Assembly: GCA_014584465.1 (NCBI GenBank) | Contig: JACTMU010000064.1 | Location: 5,395-69,394 of the forward strand | Origin: Pseudomonadota bacterium | Lineage (GTDB): Bacteria > Bdellovibrionota > Bdellovibrionia > Bdellovibrionales > JACTMU01 | Reading direction: 5' to 3' | DNA: 64,000 nt | Shown here: one piece after another, positions 48,609 to 57,614 of the stretch | Layout of the letters: the number at the start of each line of letters is the position of its first letter | Numbering within the stretch: position 1 is the first letter of the stretch | Made by a program: the position numbers and the translations under genes | Notes under the pieces: generated by a model | Databases searched by the model: none | The model's input: only the letters and a program-made list of their open reading frames with translations | Told to the model about the DNA's origin: nothing

Positions 48609-49654
48609 AAAGGAACCTTGTCCATCAAGCGTTTTACAGTCTCTGCAACCTCATCGGGCGAAATTTCAACCATACACCTCTTATACAATGAATTCTTGCA
48701 CTTTCCACGACCATCTTTAGAACAGGGGCGACAAGGAAGATCCACCTCCAATGTATGAGTGGTGAGCCGGCTCGGAAACCCAAAGGCCGTGGGGCCAATC
48801 AATGCAATTGTAGGAACTCCCAACTGGTCTGCAACGTGCAGTAGGCCTGTGTCCGCAGCGACCACCACCTGGGCGTGGCTGAGCACAGCAGCGCTCTCGA
48901 GGTGGCTCATCTGCCCCACAAAGCTCACCACTCGCCTTGGATCGACCTCACGAAATTCCTGACAAAAGTGATCCTCGGGGCCTCCCAGAATCGCAAAAAA
49001 GTGGTCCGGAAGAAGATGTATCAATCTCTTCCAATGAGCACGTGGCCACCGTTTCATATTCCATGCCGCCGACGGCACAAGGCAAATAAATGGGGGAAGC
49101 GTTTCCACCATCTTCTTAACTTTGTTCTCAATCTCAGGTGAAAAAAAGACTTGGGGAGGTTGCGGAAGAAGTGAACGCATGTTCCAACGATTCAAGGGAT
49201 CAAGGTAGGAGAATTGCACCTTATAGGGCATCATGAAGCGATTGATCCTCAAAGAGAAGAGAAGGAGACGTTTCAGCCGCTCCTTGGATCTTCTTATAAA
49301 CTTAGGCCCCAGGAATGGGAGGAAATTTCCAAATCCCCGCAAGACCCAAACCAATATGTGTGAACGAAGATTGCTGTGAGCATCATAGATATGAGTAAAT
49401 CTCTCACTCCTAAGCTGCAATGAAAACTGAAGAAGACTCCAAAGGGAGGAACCTCGAGATATCGACCAAACTTTGGTCACATGTGGGTGAAATCGAACCA
49501 TTTCTGAGAAATCTTCACGCGTCGCCCAATGAATCTCAGCCTGGGTCCAATTGGATTTTATCAGAGTTGGAACTCCCAAAACATGGACAATATCTCCCCA
49601 ACTCGAAAAGCGAACGATGAGGACCTTAGCGTAGACGTTGTGAGGCTTAGACAT
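48605..49654 (-). CDS. Glycosyltransferase family 9 (LPS heptosyltransferase-like)
   Basis: RFSSWGDIV, KRWP, DTGLLHVA, GPT, PCRPC. Confidence 0.88.
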   Translation of the reverse strand: MSKPHNVYAKVLIVRFSSWGDIVHVLGVPTLIKSNWTQAEIHWATREDFSEMVRFHPHVTKVWSISRGSSLWSLLQFSLQLRSERFTHIYDAHSNLRSHILVWVLRGFGNFLPFLGPKFIRRSKERLKRLLLFSLRINRFMMPYKVQFSYLDPLNRWNMRSLLPQPPQVFFSPEIENKVKKMVETLPPFICLVPSAAWNMKRWPRAHWKRLIHLLPDHFFAILGGPEDHFCQEFREVDPRRVVSFVGQMSHLESAAVLSHAQVVVAADTGLLHVADQLGVPTIALIGPTAFGFPSRLTTHTLEVDLPCRPCSKDGRGKCKNSLYKRCMVEISPDEVAETVKRLMDKVPL

Positions 49655-49731
49655 ACGTCCCAAGCCTAGCAACATTGAGTCGAAATAACCAATGACGTTG
49701 CGCTGCACTATAATGCCCTGGTGGGGATTTC

Positions 49732-49758
49732 TTAAGTTTCAAGAAACCTGACCGATAG
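49732..49758 (+). promoter_or_regulatory. Sigma28 (FliA) promoter of cheA-cheW
   Basis: TTAAGTTT-N11-ACCGATAG versus consensus TAAAGTTT-N11-GCCGATAA. Confidence 0.65.
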
Positions 49759-49823
49759 GAAGGGTGTTGAGCACCTCGTTGTGAGCTCATTGACCATTCA
49801 ATCGAATCAAATGTGGGTAGAAG

Positions 49824-51695
49824 ATGGATGACTTTGAATTAGAACTAAAAAAAGGTTTTCTCGACGAAGCCGGACAGCACCTGGACGCCAGTGAACAGGC
49901 ATTTTTAAACCTCGACGGAGCTCAAAATAACCCGCAGGAGCTTGGCCCTATTCTCGATCAGCTGTTCCGTCTGGCGCACAATCTAAAGGGTACATCTCGA
50001 GCCGTTGGCTTCGGTGATATTGCAGAATTTACCCACGAGCTTGAGGAGTACCTTCTCAAACTAAAAAATAGAGATCTCCCTGTGACCGACTCAAGCGTGG
50101 ACCTACTTCTTGAGTGCAACGACTATCTCAAAACTATGATCTCGGGATTGTGCCACAATATGGAAAGTCGCTTCGATACGACAGACGTTCGTGGGAAAAT
50201 TCATGCACAAATTTTAGGCCAAACTGCCGCAACATCCAAAGGCCAAAATCATAAATCTGAAAAAGCACAAAAAATCCACTCCGAAGTGGAAGTAGAAACT
50301 TCCAACATGATTGAGGAGGAGTGGTCGACTAAAAAGAAACACCCTCCCACCAATGCAGGCGAATCAAAAAATGCATCTGCTGACTATGATTCTTCAATCG
50401 ATCTTAAAGCCAAATCTGAGGCTTCCTCCTCCTCGCAGGATGGTGACCATGAAGGACGAGGCGGCGGCGGAGGCGGTGGTCGTCAATCTACTGTGATCGA
50501 TGAAACCATTCGTGTGCCCCTCAGCCGAATTGAAAAACTCAACAACTTCGTCGGAGAAATGGTCATTATGCAGACCGTTCTCAATCAACAAAGATTTGAA
50601 CAAAATCAAGAACTCATCAACAAATCGATCATTCAGATGGGAAAGATCACCAAAGAAGTTCAGAGCATCTCAATGAGTCTGCGTCTTCTTCCCATCCGTG
50701 GAATTTTCTCAAAGATGCAAAGAATTGTGCGGGATACTTCCAAAGTGTTGGGTAAACGCGTCCGACTCCATCTCTCTGGAGAAGAGACCGAGGTTGACAA
50801 AACCATCTTGGAACTCATCAACGATCCTCTCGTCCACACCGTCCGCAATGCTCTGGACCATGGGCTCGAAGAAAATGCAGAGAGACCCGCTCTCAACAAG
50901 TCGTTGGAGGGGAATGTATGGCTCAGAGCCTATCATGAATCCAACTTCCTTGTCATAGAAGTTGAGGATGACGGAAGAGGCATTGATCCTGATCGCGTTT
51001 TCAAGAAGGCCGTTGAGCGAGGACTCATACCGGCATCTGCAAAACTTACGACCGAAGAGAGCAATCAACTTCTCTTTCATCCTGGATTTTCGACGAAAGC
51101 CGAAGTCTCTGAAGTTTCCGGAAGAGGCGTTGGGCTTGACGTCGTAAAAACCAACATCGAGCAACTCAACGGTCTACTGGAACTCTCCAGTGAACTCGGA
51201 AAGGGTTCGAAATTTAAGATCAGCCTACCTCTTACTCTTGCCGTCATTGACGGTATGGTCGCCATGATCTCAGGAGAACGATACGTTGTTCCTGTAAGCC
51301 AGGTGCACGAGACGGTGCAGCTGAGAAAAGATGCAATTGAGTTTGTCACCGGCGGCGGTGAGGTGCTCAACTTGAGAGGTGAGGTGATTCCACTCATCCG
51401 TCTCAATCAAATCCTAAGACGAAAGAAGAATGAAATGAGTCTAGGACATTCGGAAATTGCGATCATCAATCGAAAGGGAAAGCAGGCTGCAGCCCTTCTG
51501 GTTGATGATATTGTTCGCAAACAGCAGGTCGTGATCAAAAAACTTGGACCTGAGGTTCGAATTCAAGATGGATTTACCGGTAGTGCCATCATGGGAGACG
51601 GTAAACCTGTACTCATATTGGATCTTCATGAAATCTTGACCAATTTATCCAAAAAACAAACTAGCAATCTTAAAACCGAAATGAGGGCTGCCTAA
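49824..51695 (+). CDS. cheA: Chemotaxis histidine kinase CheA
   Basis: FRLAHNLKG Hpt, RNALDHG, GRGVGLDVV, C-terminal CheW domain. Confidence 0.95.
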   Translation: MDDFELELKKGFLDEAGQHLDASEQAFLNLDGAQNNPQELGPILDQLFRLAHNLKGTSRAVGFGDIAEFTHELEEYLLKLKNRDLPVTDSSVDLLLECNDYLKTMISGLCHNMESRFDTTDVRGKIHAQILGQTAATSKGQNHKSEKAQKIHSEVEVETSNMIEEEWSTKKKHPPTNAGESKNASADYDSSIDLKAKSEASSSSQDGDHEGRGGGGGGGRQSTVIDETIRVPLSRIEKLNNFVGEMVIMQTVLNQQRFEQNQELINKSIIQMGKITKEVQSISMSLRLLPIRGIFSKMQRIVRDTSKVLGKRVRLHLSGEETEVDKTILELINDPLVHTVRNALDHGLEENAERPALNKSLEGNVWLRAYHESNFLVIEVEDDGRGIDPDRVFKKAVERGLIPASAKLTTEESNQLLFHPGFSTKAEVSEVSGRGVGLDVVKTNIEQLNGLLELSSELGKGSKFKISLPLTLAVIDGMVAMISGERYVVPVSQVHETVQLRKDAIEFVTGGGEVLNLRGEVIPLIRLNQILRRKKNEMSLGHSEIAIINRKGKQAAALLVDDIVRKQQVVIKKLGPEVRIQDGFTGSAIMGDGKPVLILDLHEILTNLSKKQTSNLKTEMRAA

Positions 51696-52192
51696 TGAGT
51701 TACGAAGATACCTTACACAAGAATCAAGCATCGACCAGTACTGAAAATCGCTACCTCTGCTTCTCGATTGGGCACGAGGACTATGCAATTCCCCTCCTAG
51801 CTGTAAAAGAGGTCATCGCAGAACCCAAGACGACTCCACTTCCCTACAGTCCGCCTCACTTTGTGGGCCTGATGAATCTTAGGGGACAGGTGATTTCCAT
51901 CATCGATCTTCGAGTCAAATTGGGAGTGAAGACTAAGGAAAGCCGGGACGAAAACGCCGTCATCATTATCGACATGGATCCTATCTACGTGGGTGTCACG
52001 GTGGATTCAGTCAACAACGTGCTTCTCCTGCACGAAAAAGACATCAGTCCAGCTCCGGACATGGAAAATAAGAAGGTCTCTCGCTACCTCAGAGGTGTCG
52101 CACGAAAAGATGACCGCTTGATCTTACTCGTCGAAATTGAGCAGATGCTCGATGTTGAAGATAAAAAATTGATTAAAAAACAGGCGGCGTAA
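51695..52192 (+). CDS. cheW: Chemotaxis coupling protein CheW
   Basis: GLMNLRGQVISIIDLR. Confidence 0.93.
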   Translation: MSYEDTLHKNQASTSTENRYLCFSIGHEDYAIPLLAVKEVIAEPKTTPLPYSPPHFVGLMNLRGQVISIIDLRVKLGVKTKESRDENAVIIIDMDPIYVGVTVDSVNNVLLLHEKDISPAPDMENKKVSRYLRGVARKDDRLILLVEIEQMLDVEDKKLIKKQAA

Positions 52193-52205
52193 GGTTTGAC
52201 TCTCA

Positions 52206-52235
52206 TTGTCGCGAAACGCTAAAGTTTCGCGACAA
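52206..52235. terminator. Perfect 12-bp hairpin between convergent cheW and narK
   Basis: TTGTCGCGAAAC-GCTAAA-GTTTCGCGACAA. Confidence 0.7.
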
Positions 52236-52260
52236 CTCATTTCTCTGTCCAAACTGGAGT

Positions 52261-54009
52261 TTAAGACTTACCTTGCTCAAAGTAGTGGTCGAAAGAAAAC
52301 CTCCCCGAGCCCTTCCACAAAACAAGACAGAGGGTAAAAAGCACAAACAGCGAAAATTCAAAACCCTGGCTTGAAGAGAACAGCCCTTCTGCAGAGTGTA
52401 CAAAGAGCAACGCTCCAAACAACACCACCACGTTGGCAGCTGCCGCAACTCGGGTTGCGAGGCCAAGGATAAGACAAAGTCCTCCCACTGTGTGAGCCGT
52501 CACAACGAACCAGGCAATGAGATTCTCAAACTGCCCAATCTGTCGAGCCATTCCTTCAATGACCCCCATGTTGGTCACAAAATAGATCCCCTTGATCGTG
52601 AGTGCCACACCCAAGTAAACTCTCAAAAGATCCATCGGCTTCAAAATCGAGAGATCAGGAAGTCGAATGAGAGACTCCTTGATGGTTTTGTTTCGTTCAT
52701 CGACAGCCGCATCAAACTCACCCTTTGCCGCAAGTTCATCAGCAGGTGAGAAACGCACCAAAAAGGCAAAAAACGAGGCTCCTATCACCAGGAAGCCCAG
52801 AATGAAGAGAGCGTCCGGCCAAGCCAAATTCTCTTGACGAAAGAGAAAACCCGCTGCGACTGCCCCGACGTTCCCACCAGCACCCACAATCCCCGCAACA
52901 GATCCAAGTGCGCGCTTACTGATAAAAGGCACCACAGAAAAGGTTGCTCCCTCAGACATCTGAACAAAGAGACTGAAGATGATCATGGTGCCAATCGCCA
53001 TAGGGAGAATGGACATCTTAGAAAAGAGAAGCAGTGCAATCCCTTCAATAAATATTGAAAGAAAGAGCCACTTCACACGACCTCTCAAACCTCCCTTATC
53101 ACCAAAATAGTCGCCCACAACACCACCAAGTGTTCGTGCAAAGAGGTTCATAAGCCCAAAAAGCCCTGCAACGAGGCCCGCAGTTGCAAGACCCAACTTG
53201 AAGTAGTCTGTGAAGTAGAGAGCTGCAATGTTGTTGATGGTCAACTCAATTCCGAAACAGGCAGCATAAAGAACAAAAAGGGCCCACGAACGAGAATCCT
53301 TCGCCGCCATCCAAAATGTACCCTTCTGCTTTTCGATATGCTCTGGGATCTCTCCACTTGCAACAAGCTCCTTACGATTGCCGTTAGGATAATCCGTCGT
53401 AAGAAAATAGTAACAGATTCCCGTAATAAGGCAGACGACTCCTGCAACCACCATTGACAATCGCCAGCTCCAAAAATTACTAAAGCCCAACCAAACGAAT
53501 GCCCCAAAGACCAGCGGCATGATCATTTGGGTCACGCCACCCCCTAAATTACCCCATCCTGCTGAAGTGGCATTGGCTGTTCCTACACAATTTGGGGCAA
53601 ACATCACCGAGGTATGGTATTGGGTGATGACAAATGAAGCGCCAATGGCCCCGATCCCTAAACGAAAAAGTAAAAAGGTCTCGTAGTCTTTTGCAAAACC
53701 AATTCCCATTACTGGCAGTGAACCCAGAATCAAAAGCCAGGTATAGACCTGCCGAGGACCGAATCGATCACAAAACCAGCCAATAAGAAAACGAGCAAAG
53801 ATCGTGATGGCAACCGATGCAATGATCGTGTTGCCGATTTGAGCCTTTGTTAAACCCAACTCCTCTCGAATAATTGCCATAAGCGGTGCAATTCCGAACC
53901 ACGCAAAAAAACAGAGAAAGAATGCAAACCAGGTCATGTGAAAGGCACGCATTGGACGCGTTGAAAAGTTGAAGAGATCGATCCGAACCGCTTTGTTCTT
54001 CACTTCCAT
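52261..54009 (-). CDS. narK: NarK1/NRT2-type MFS nitrate transporter fused to a C-terminal DoxX domain
   Basis: AGWGNLGGG nitrate signature, FGIEL, GAGGNVG; last ~120 aa LLRVYLG..GLATR..GSGRFSFD match DoxX. Confidence 0.88.
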   Translation of the reverse strand: MEVKNKAVRIDLFNFSTRPMRAFHMTWFAFFLCFFAWFGIAPLMAIIREELGLTKAQIGNTIIASVAITIFARFLIGWFCDRFGPRQVYTWLLILGSLPVMGIGFAKDYETFLLFRLGIGAIGASFVITQYHTSVMFAPNCVGTANATSAGWGNLGGGVTQMIMPLVFGAFVWLGFSNFWSWRLSMVVAGVVCLITGICYYFLTTDYPNGNRKELVASGEIPEHIEKQKGTFWMAAKDSRSWALFVLYAACFGIELTINNIAALYFTDYFKLGLATAGLVAGLFGLMNLFARTLGGVVGDYFGDKGGLRGRVKWLFLSIFIEGIALLLFSKMSILPMAIGTMIIFSLFVQMSEGATFSVVPFISKRALGSVAGIVGAGGNVGAVAAGFLFRQENLAWPDALFILGFLVIGASFFAFLVRFSPADELAAKGEFDAAVDERNKTIKESLIRLPDLSILKPMDLLRVYLGVALTIKGIYFVTNMGVIEGMARQIGQFENLIAWFVVTAHTVGGLCLILGLATRVAAAANVVVLFGALLFVHSAEGLFSSSQGFEFSLFVLFTLCLVLWKGSGRFSFDHYFEQGKS

Positions 54010-54039
54010 TGAAAATCACCTCTTAGTTAACTATACAGT

Positions 54040-54711
54040 TTAGTTCTTTAAGTTTGGATTTGATTTCAAAGCCATCAGGTCAAATTCATCCGTTGAAATG
54101 AGTTGTAGGGCCATCTGAAATACGATGCTCTCTTCTCGGTAAATGTGGAGCCTCAAAAGCTCAATGAGCTCCTTGGATTGCTCAAGAGCGGCATCCAAAA
54201 CCACCAAGCGAGAATTAAGGTCAGGAAGCCTGTGGGAAAGAGCAAAGAAATTAAAGATCACGGCTGCCAGTTGAACTGCCTTCTTATGGTCGCCCTCCAG
54301 AACATCCACAGCCGTGGTCGCCTCTGGTCCCTGGGAATGCTCACCCTTTGCCACCAAACGATCATGGAGGAGACCAAAGAGTCTTTTCTCCTCCTTCTGG
54401 TTGTGAATCTCAAATTCGTTGTCAAAGTACCAGAAGAAGTCCCGCACGGCCGCATCAAACTCTCTGGTAATTCCCTTCTCAGGAATCCCCAGGATCGCAG
54501 CTTCAAAACGATCAATGGCCTCTCGAAATGGCTTATGCTCATTAAAGAGATCTCTCATAAAGAGGGGCATCTTCTCATAGGGCACCTGCTCCACAGTTGC
54601 CGGTGGTGCATAGGCATCCGGCGGATCCATAGGCGAAAGCTCTGAACCCTCCTCCTTCACTGCATCTTTTTTTAAAGGGTCTCTCTCTTTAGCGCCCTGT
54701 ATATGATCCAT
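54040..54711 (-). CDS. Hemerythrin-domain protein
   Basis: EH, HNQKEE, DH and HIYREE di-iron motifs; ATG 54711 after AGGAG. Confidence 0.82.
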   Translation of the reverse strand: MDHIQGAKERDPLKKDAVKEEGSELSPMDPPDAYAPPATVEQVPYEKMPLFMRDLFNEHKPFREAIDRFEAAILGIPEKGITREFDAAVRDFFWYFDNEFEIHNQKEEKRLFGLLHDRLVAKGEHSQGPEATTAVDVLEGDHKKAVQLAAVIFNFFALSHRLPDLNSRLVVLDAALEQSKELIELLRLHIYREESIVFQMALQLISTDEFDLMALKSNPNLKN

Positions 54712-54721
54712 AGTCTTACTC

Positions 54722-56122
54722 CTACGCCTTTTGTGGCCAAGTATCCTTAGCTTTATCCCACCAAGTTCCCCACTTTGTACCCCAGTCACCTCGCTCTGCA
54801 CCTGGCTTTGTATAAAACTGCCAGTTGATCCACGAAGCGATGATGTAAAAGATTCCTGCACCAATGAAAAACATCTTTGCATTCCCCGTACTCGCAATAG
54901 AGGCCCCAATCAAGGAAGAGAAGATGAAGGGACCGTAAGCAGCCCATGCAGCCGTCCACCCGATCACACCTGCTCCCTGTCGTGGCGAAAAGGCAAAGAC
55001 AATAGGGTATTGTCTAAAAGTTGAAGCATTCCCCATTCCTGACATCAAAAACATAAAGAGCATCACGCCCAAAAACATTGGGAACTGGTCCACTGAGGTC
55101 GGGGTCAAGAGCCCACCAAAAACCAAAATGCCACTTCCGATGATCAATCCAATGCCTGCAATCTGGGTGATGATACTTCCGCCCCACTTGTCACTAGGAG
55201 CCCCCATGATCACACGAATCAGCGATCCCACAAGTGGCCCCAAAAAGGCATACTTCAAGGGATCTGGTGCATTTGGAAATCCACCATAGACCTTTGCAAT
55301 CATCAATGGAAAGGCTGCTGCAAGACCTGAAAATGAGCCGAAAGTCATAATGTAAGTGATCGTGCAAAACCAAGTGTGTCGATCTGGCAAAATATCAAGT
55401 TGCTGCTTGAAGGAGGCCTTCACAGGAACACTCTTCAGCATGACCGTGCACAGGATCCCCACAATGATCAAAAATGGAACATACCAGAGCGCCGAATTTT
55501 GCATCCAAATGTCCGCAGGAGCCACCTCGGCCGACTTTTGAAAAACTTGAGGTACCCCTCCAAGGGTCCCTAACGCAGCAAATCCAACGATCCAAGGAGT
55601 GACAAATTGAGTGAGACTCACGCCAAAATTACCAAGACCCGCCTGAATCCCAAGAGAGATCCCCTGAAGCCTCTTCGGAAAAAAGAGACTTGTTGAGGGC
55701 ATGAATGATGAGAAATCCCCACCTCCAAAACCACATAGAAAGGCGATCAAAAGGAACTGCCAATAGGGTGTTGTAGGATCCATCACCGCAATGGCCAACC
55801 AGATCATGGGAATCAGTTTAATAAAGGTGGCAACAGAGATGACCGTTCGAGTTCCAAAGATCGGAATCAAAAAGCTGTGTATGAGTCGTAGTGATCCTCC
55901 GGCGAGCCCTGGCATCGCAGCCAACCAGAAGAGCTGCATTGTATCAAATTTGAATCCCATTTTTGGAAGTCTGACCACAACGGCGCTGATCACAAACCAG
56001 GTAGAAAAGGAGAAGAGGAGTGCAATGGTCGTCAGCACCAGAGTCCTCCAGGCAATTCGACTGCCTGTCTTTTCCCAAAATTCTTGGTTCTCTGGCTCCC
56101 ACTTTGTCAACCACGTACTCAT
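54722..56122 (-). CDS. narK: NarK2/NarU-type nitrate/nitrite antiporter
   Basis: WEPE..FW, AGLGNFGVS, TFGSFSG, GMGNASTF. Confidence 0.9.
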   Translation of the reverse strand: MSTWLTKWEPENQEFWEKTGSRIAWRTLVLTTIALLFSFSTWFVISAVVVRLPKMGFKFDTMQLFWLAAMPGLAGGSLRLIHSFLIPIFGTRTVISVATFIKLIPMIWLAIAVMDPTTPYWQFLLIAFLCGFGGGDFSSFMPSTSLFFPKRLQGISLGIQAGLGNFGVSLTQFVTPWIVGFAALGTLGGVPQVFQKSAEVAPADIWMQNSALWYVPFLIIVGILCTVMLKSVPVKASFKQQLDILPDRHTWFCTITYIMTFGSFSGLAAAFPLMIAKVYGGFPNAPDPLKYAFLGPLVGSLIRVIMGAPSDKWGGSIITQIAGIGLIIGSGILVFGGLLTPTSVDQFPMFLGVMLFMFLMSGMGNASTFRQYPIVFAFSPRQGAGVIGWTAAWAAYGPFIFSSLIGASIASTGNAKMFFIGAGIFYIIASWINWQFYTKPGAERGDWGTKWGTWWDKAKDTWPQKA

Positions 56123-56153
56123 CTCATCTCCTCTTGTTACGATCTATCAAAAG

Positions 56154-56882
56154 CTAATTGTTTTTGGGTCTGAACTTACTCCAACTCGTTTCTGGACTGC
56201 GAATCGACTTTCGGTCCCAGTACCAAATTACCTGCTGATAGGGACGTCCAATGTAATGAAATGGGGCAACCAAAAAGTGTACAAGTCTTGTAAATGGAAT
56301 CAAAAAGAGAATTAGATAGGCTAAAACGATATGAAACTTGATCACATGGGGAAGGGCACTGACTGCAGAAATGTCAGGATTTAGCTTCACCAAGGACCAT
56401 AGATAGGGAGAGAGGGTTGCTGCAAACCACGAAGATCCCCAACGGTACCCCAAAGCAATCCACAACCCTAAAACAACCTGAAGTATGAGGATCACCTCTA
56501 AAACCATGTCCATCTTATTTGATACTATGCTCACACGAGGGTTGCCAATTCTACGAATGTAGAGACGAACCAAACCCACCAAGACCGAAAGACCAAAGGC
56601 AAATCCCGTAATCTCCAAAGCAATCAGTCGAGCGGGGCTTGAGTTCCACAAAATGACTCCCTGGGGAATCAAAAAGGCCATCAGATGTCCCACCAAGAGA
56701 GCCACAATTCCCCAATGAAATGGGATCGAACTCCAAAAGAGCTTCTTATCTTCCAAGAACTGAGATGACAGCGAAGAATATTTAAAGGGCGTAACTTTGT
56801 ATCTGTAAATGCTCCCGACAATACAGACCGCAAACGCCAGGTATGGGAAACTGATAAATAAAAAGTTATCCATAGTCGCCAT
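56154..56882 (-). CDS. narI: Respiratory nitrate reductase gamma subunit
   Basis: SSQFLE, FHWGI..GH, H...PFTRLVH heme b ligands. Confidence 0.93.
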   Translation of the reverse strand: MATMDNFLFISFPYLAFAVCIVGSIYRYKVTPFKYSSLSSQFLEDKKLFWSSIPFHWGIVALLVGHLMAFLIPQGVILWNSSPARLIALEITGFAFGLSVLVGLVRLYIRRIGNPRVSIVSNKMDMVLEVILILQVVLGLWIALGYRWGSSWFAATLSPYLWSLVKLNPDISAVSALPHVIKFHIVLAYLILFLIPFTRLVHFLVAPFHYIGRPYQQVIWYWDRKSIRSPETSWSKFRPKNN

Positions 56883-56948
56883 AAAATTCTACTCCCTCAT
56901 CTTAGTTGCAATACTCTTAACTCGTAAAGTCCATCACCGCTGACGGCT

Positions 56949-57614
56949 CTACGCATTTCTTTCTGTCTCTAACTCCCTTACAACTGATCTCAAAAAATCA
57001 CTGGTTGGTTTGGGTTCCTCTTTCTCATTCAAAACAAAATCCACCCTAAAAAGAGACTCAAGCGCCTTCAACACATTCACATAGACCGTCTCTGACCTTT
57101 CAGAAACATCGATCAAAGTCTTATAGTGCTTCTTGTAGGACTCCTTCTTGGTTTCAAGTCTCTCGGGTGAAAATTCAAAAATCATACGCTTCAGTGCTGG
57201 AAAGACAATCTTGGTGACCAACTCCGTGGCCAAAGCTCGATCTTCCAGCTTAGAAACAAGCCTTAGGACGTTGGGAAGGTGATCGGCCAGCTCAACGCCA
57301 CAATTGTTTTGAGCCTTTATGTGTTCCCTGTTGAGATTGGAAAGGAGCTCACCTCGCTTGTAATCATCTCCAAACATCACATAGCCGACATCCAGAGTCG
57401 TAATGGACTGTACGTCAAAGGAGCGTGTGAAAAGCTCCTGCATCTCATTCAAATCATCGACCGGAAGTTGACGAAGAAAGAGCTCCACGTACTCCGCTGC
57501 TTTGGGATCTCTTCCGCGAAGCGACTCCAAAACAAACCTCACCCGATCAGGATACTCCCGATCGGGATAGTCAAAGAGGGCCGCCACAGTTCCGTAATAT
57601 CCTAAATCAATCAC
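56949..57614 (-). CDS. narJ: Nitrate reductase assembly chaperone
   Basis: DYP, FTRSFD, RG, ELADHLP; synteny. Confidence 0.85.
   Translation of the reverse strand: MIDLGYYGTVAALFDYPDREYPDRVRFVLESLRGRDPKAAEYVELFLRQLPVDDLNEMQELFTRSFDVQSITTLDVGYVMFGDDYKRGELLSNLNREHIKAQNNCGVELADHLPNVLRLVSKLEDRALATELVTKIVFPALKRMIFEFSPERLETKKESYKKHYKTLIDVSERSETVYVNVLKALESLFRVDFVLNEKEEPKPTSDFLRSVVRELETERNA

Noticed and set aside
54712..54909. N-terminal extension of the hemerythrin ORF
   Set aside because: Overlaps narK2 in another frame; a good RBS precedes ATG 54711
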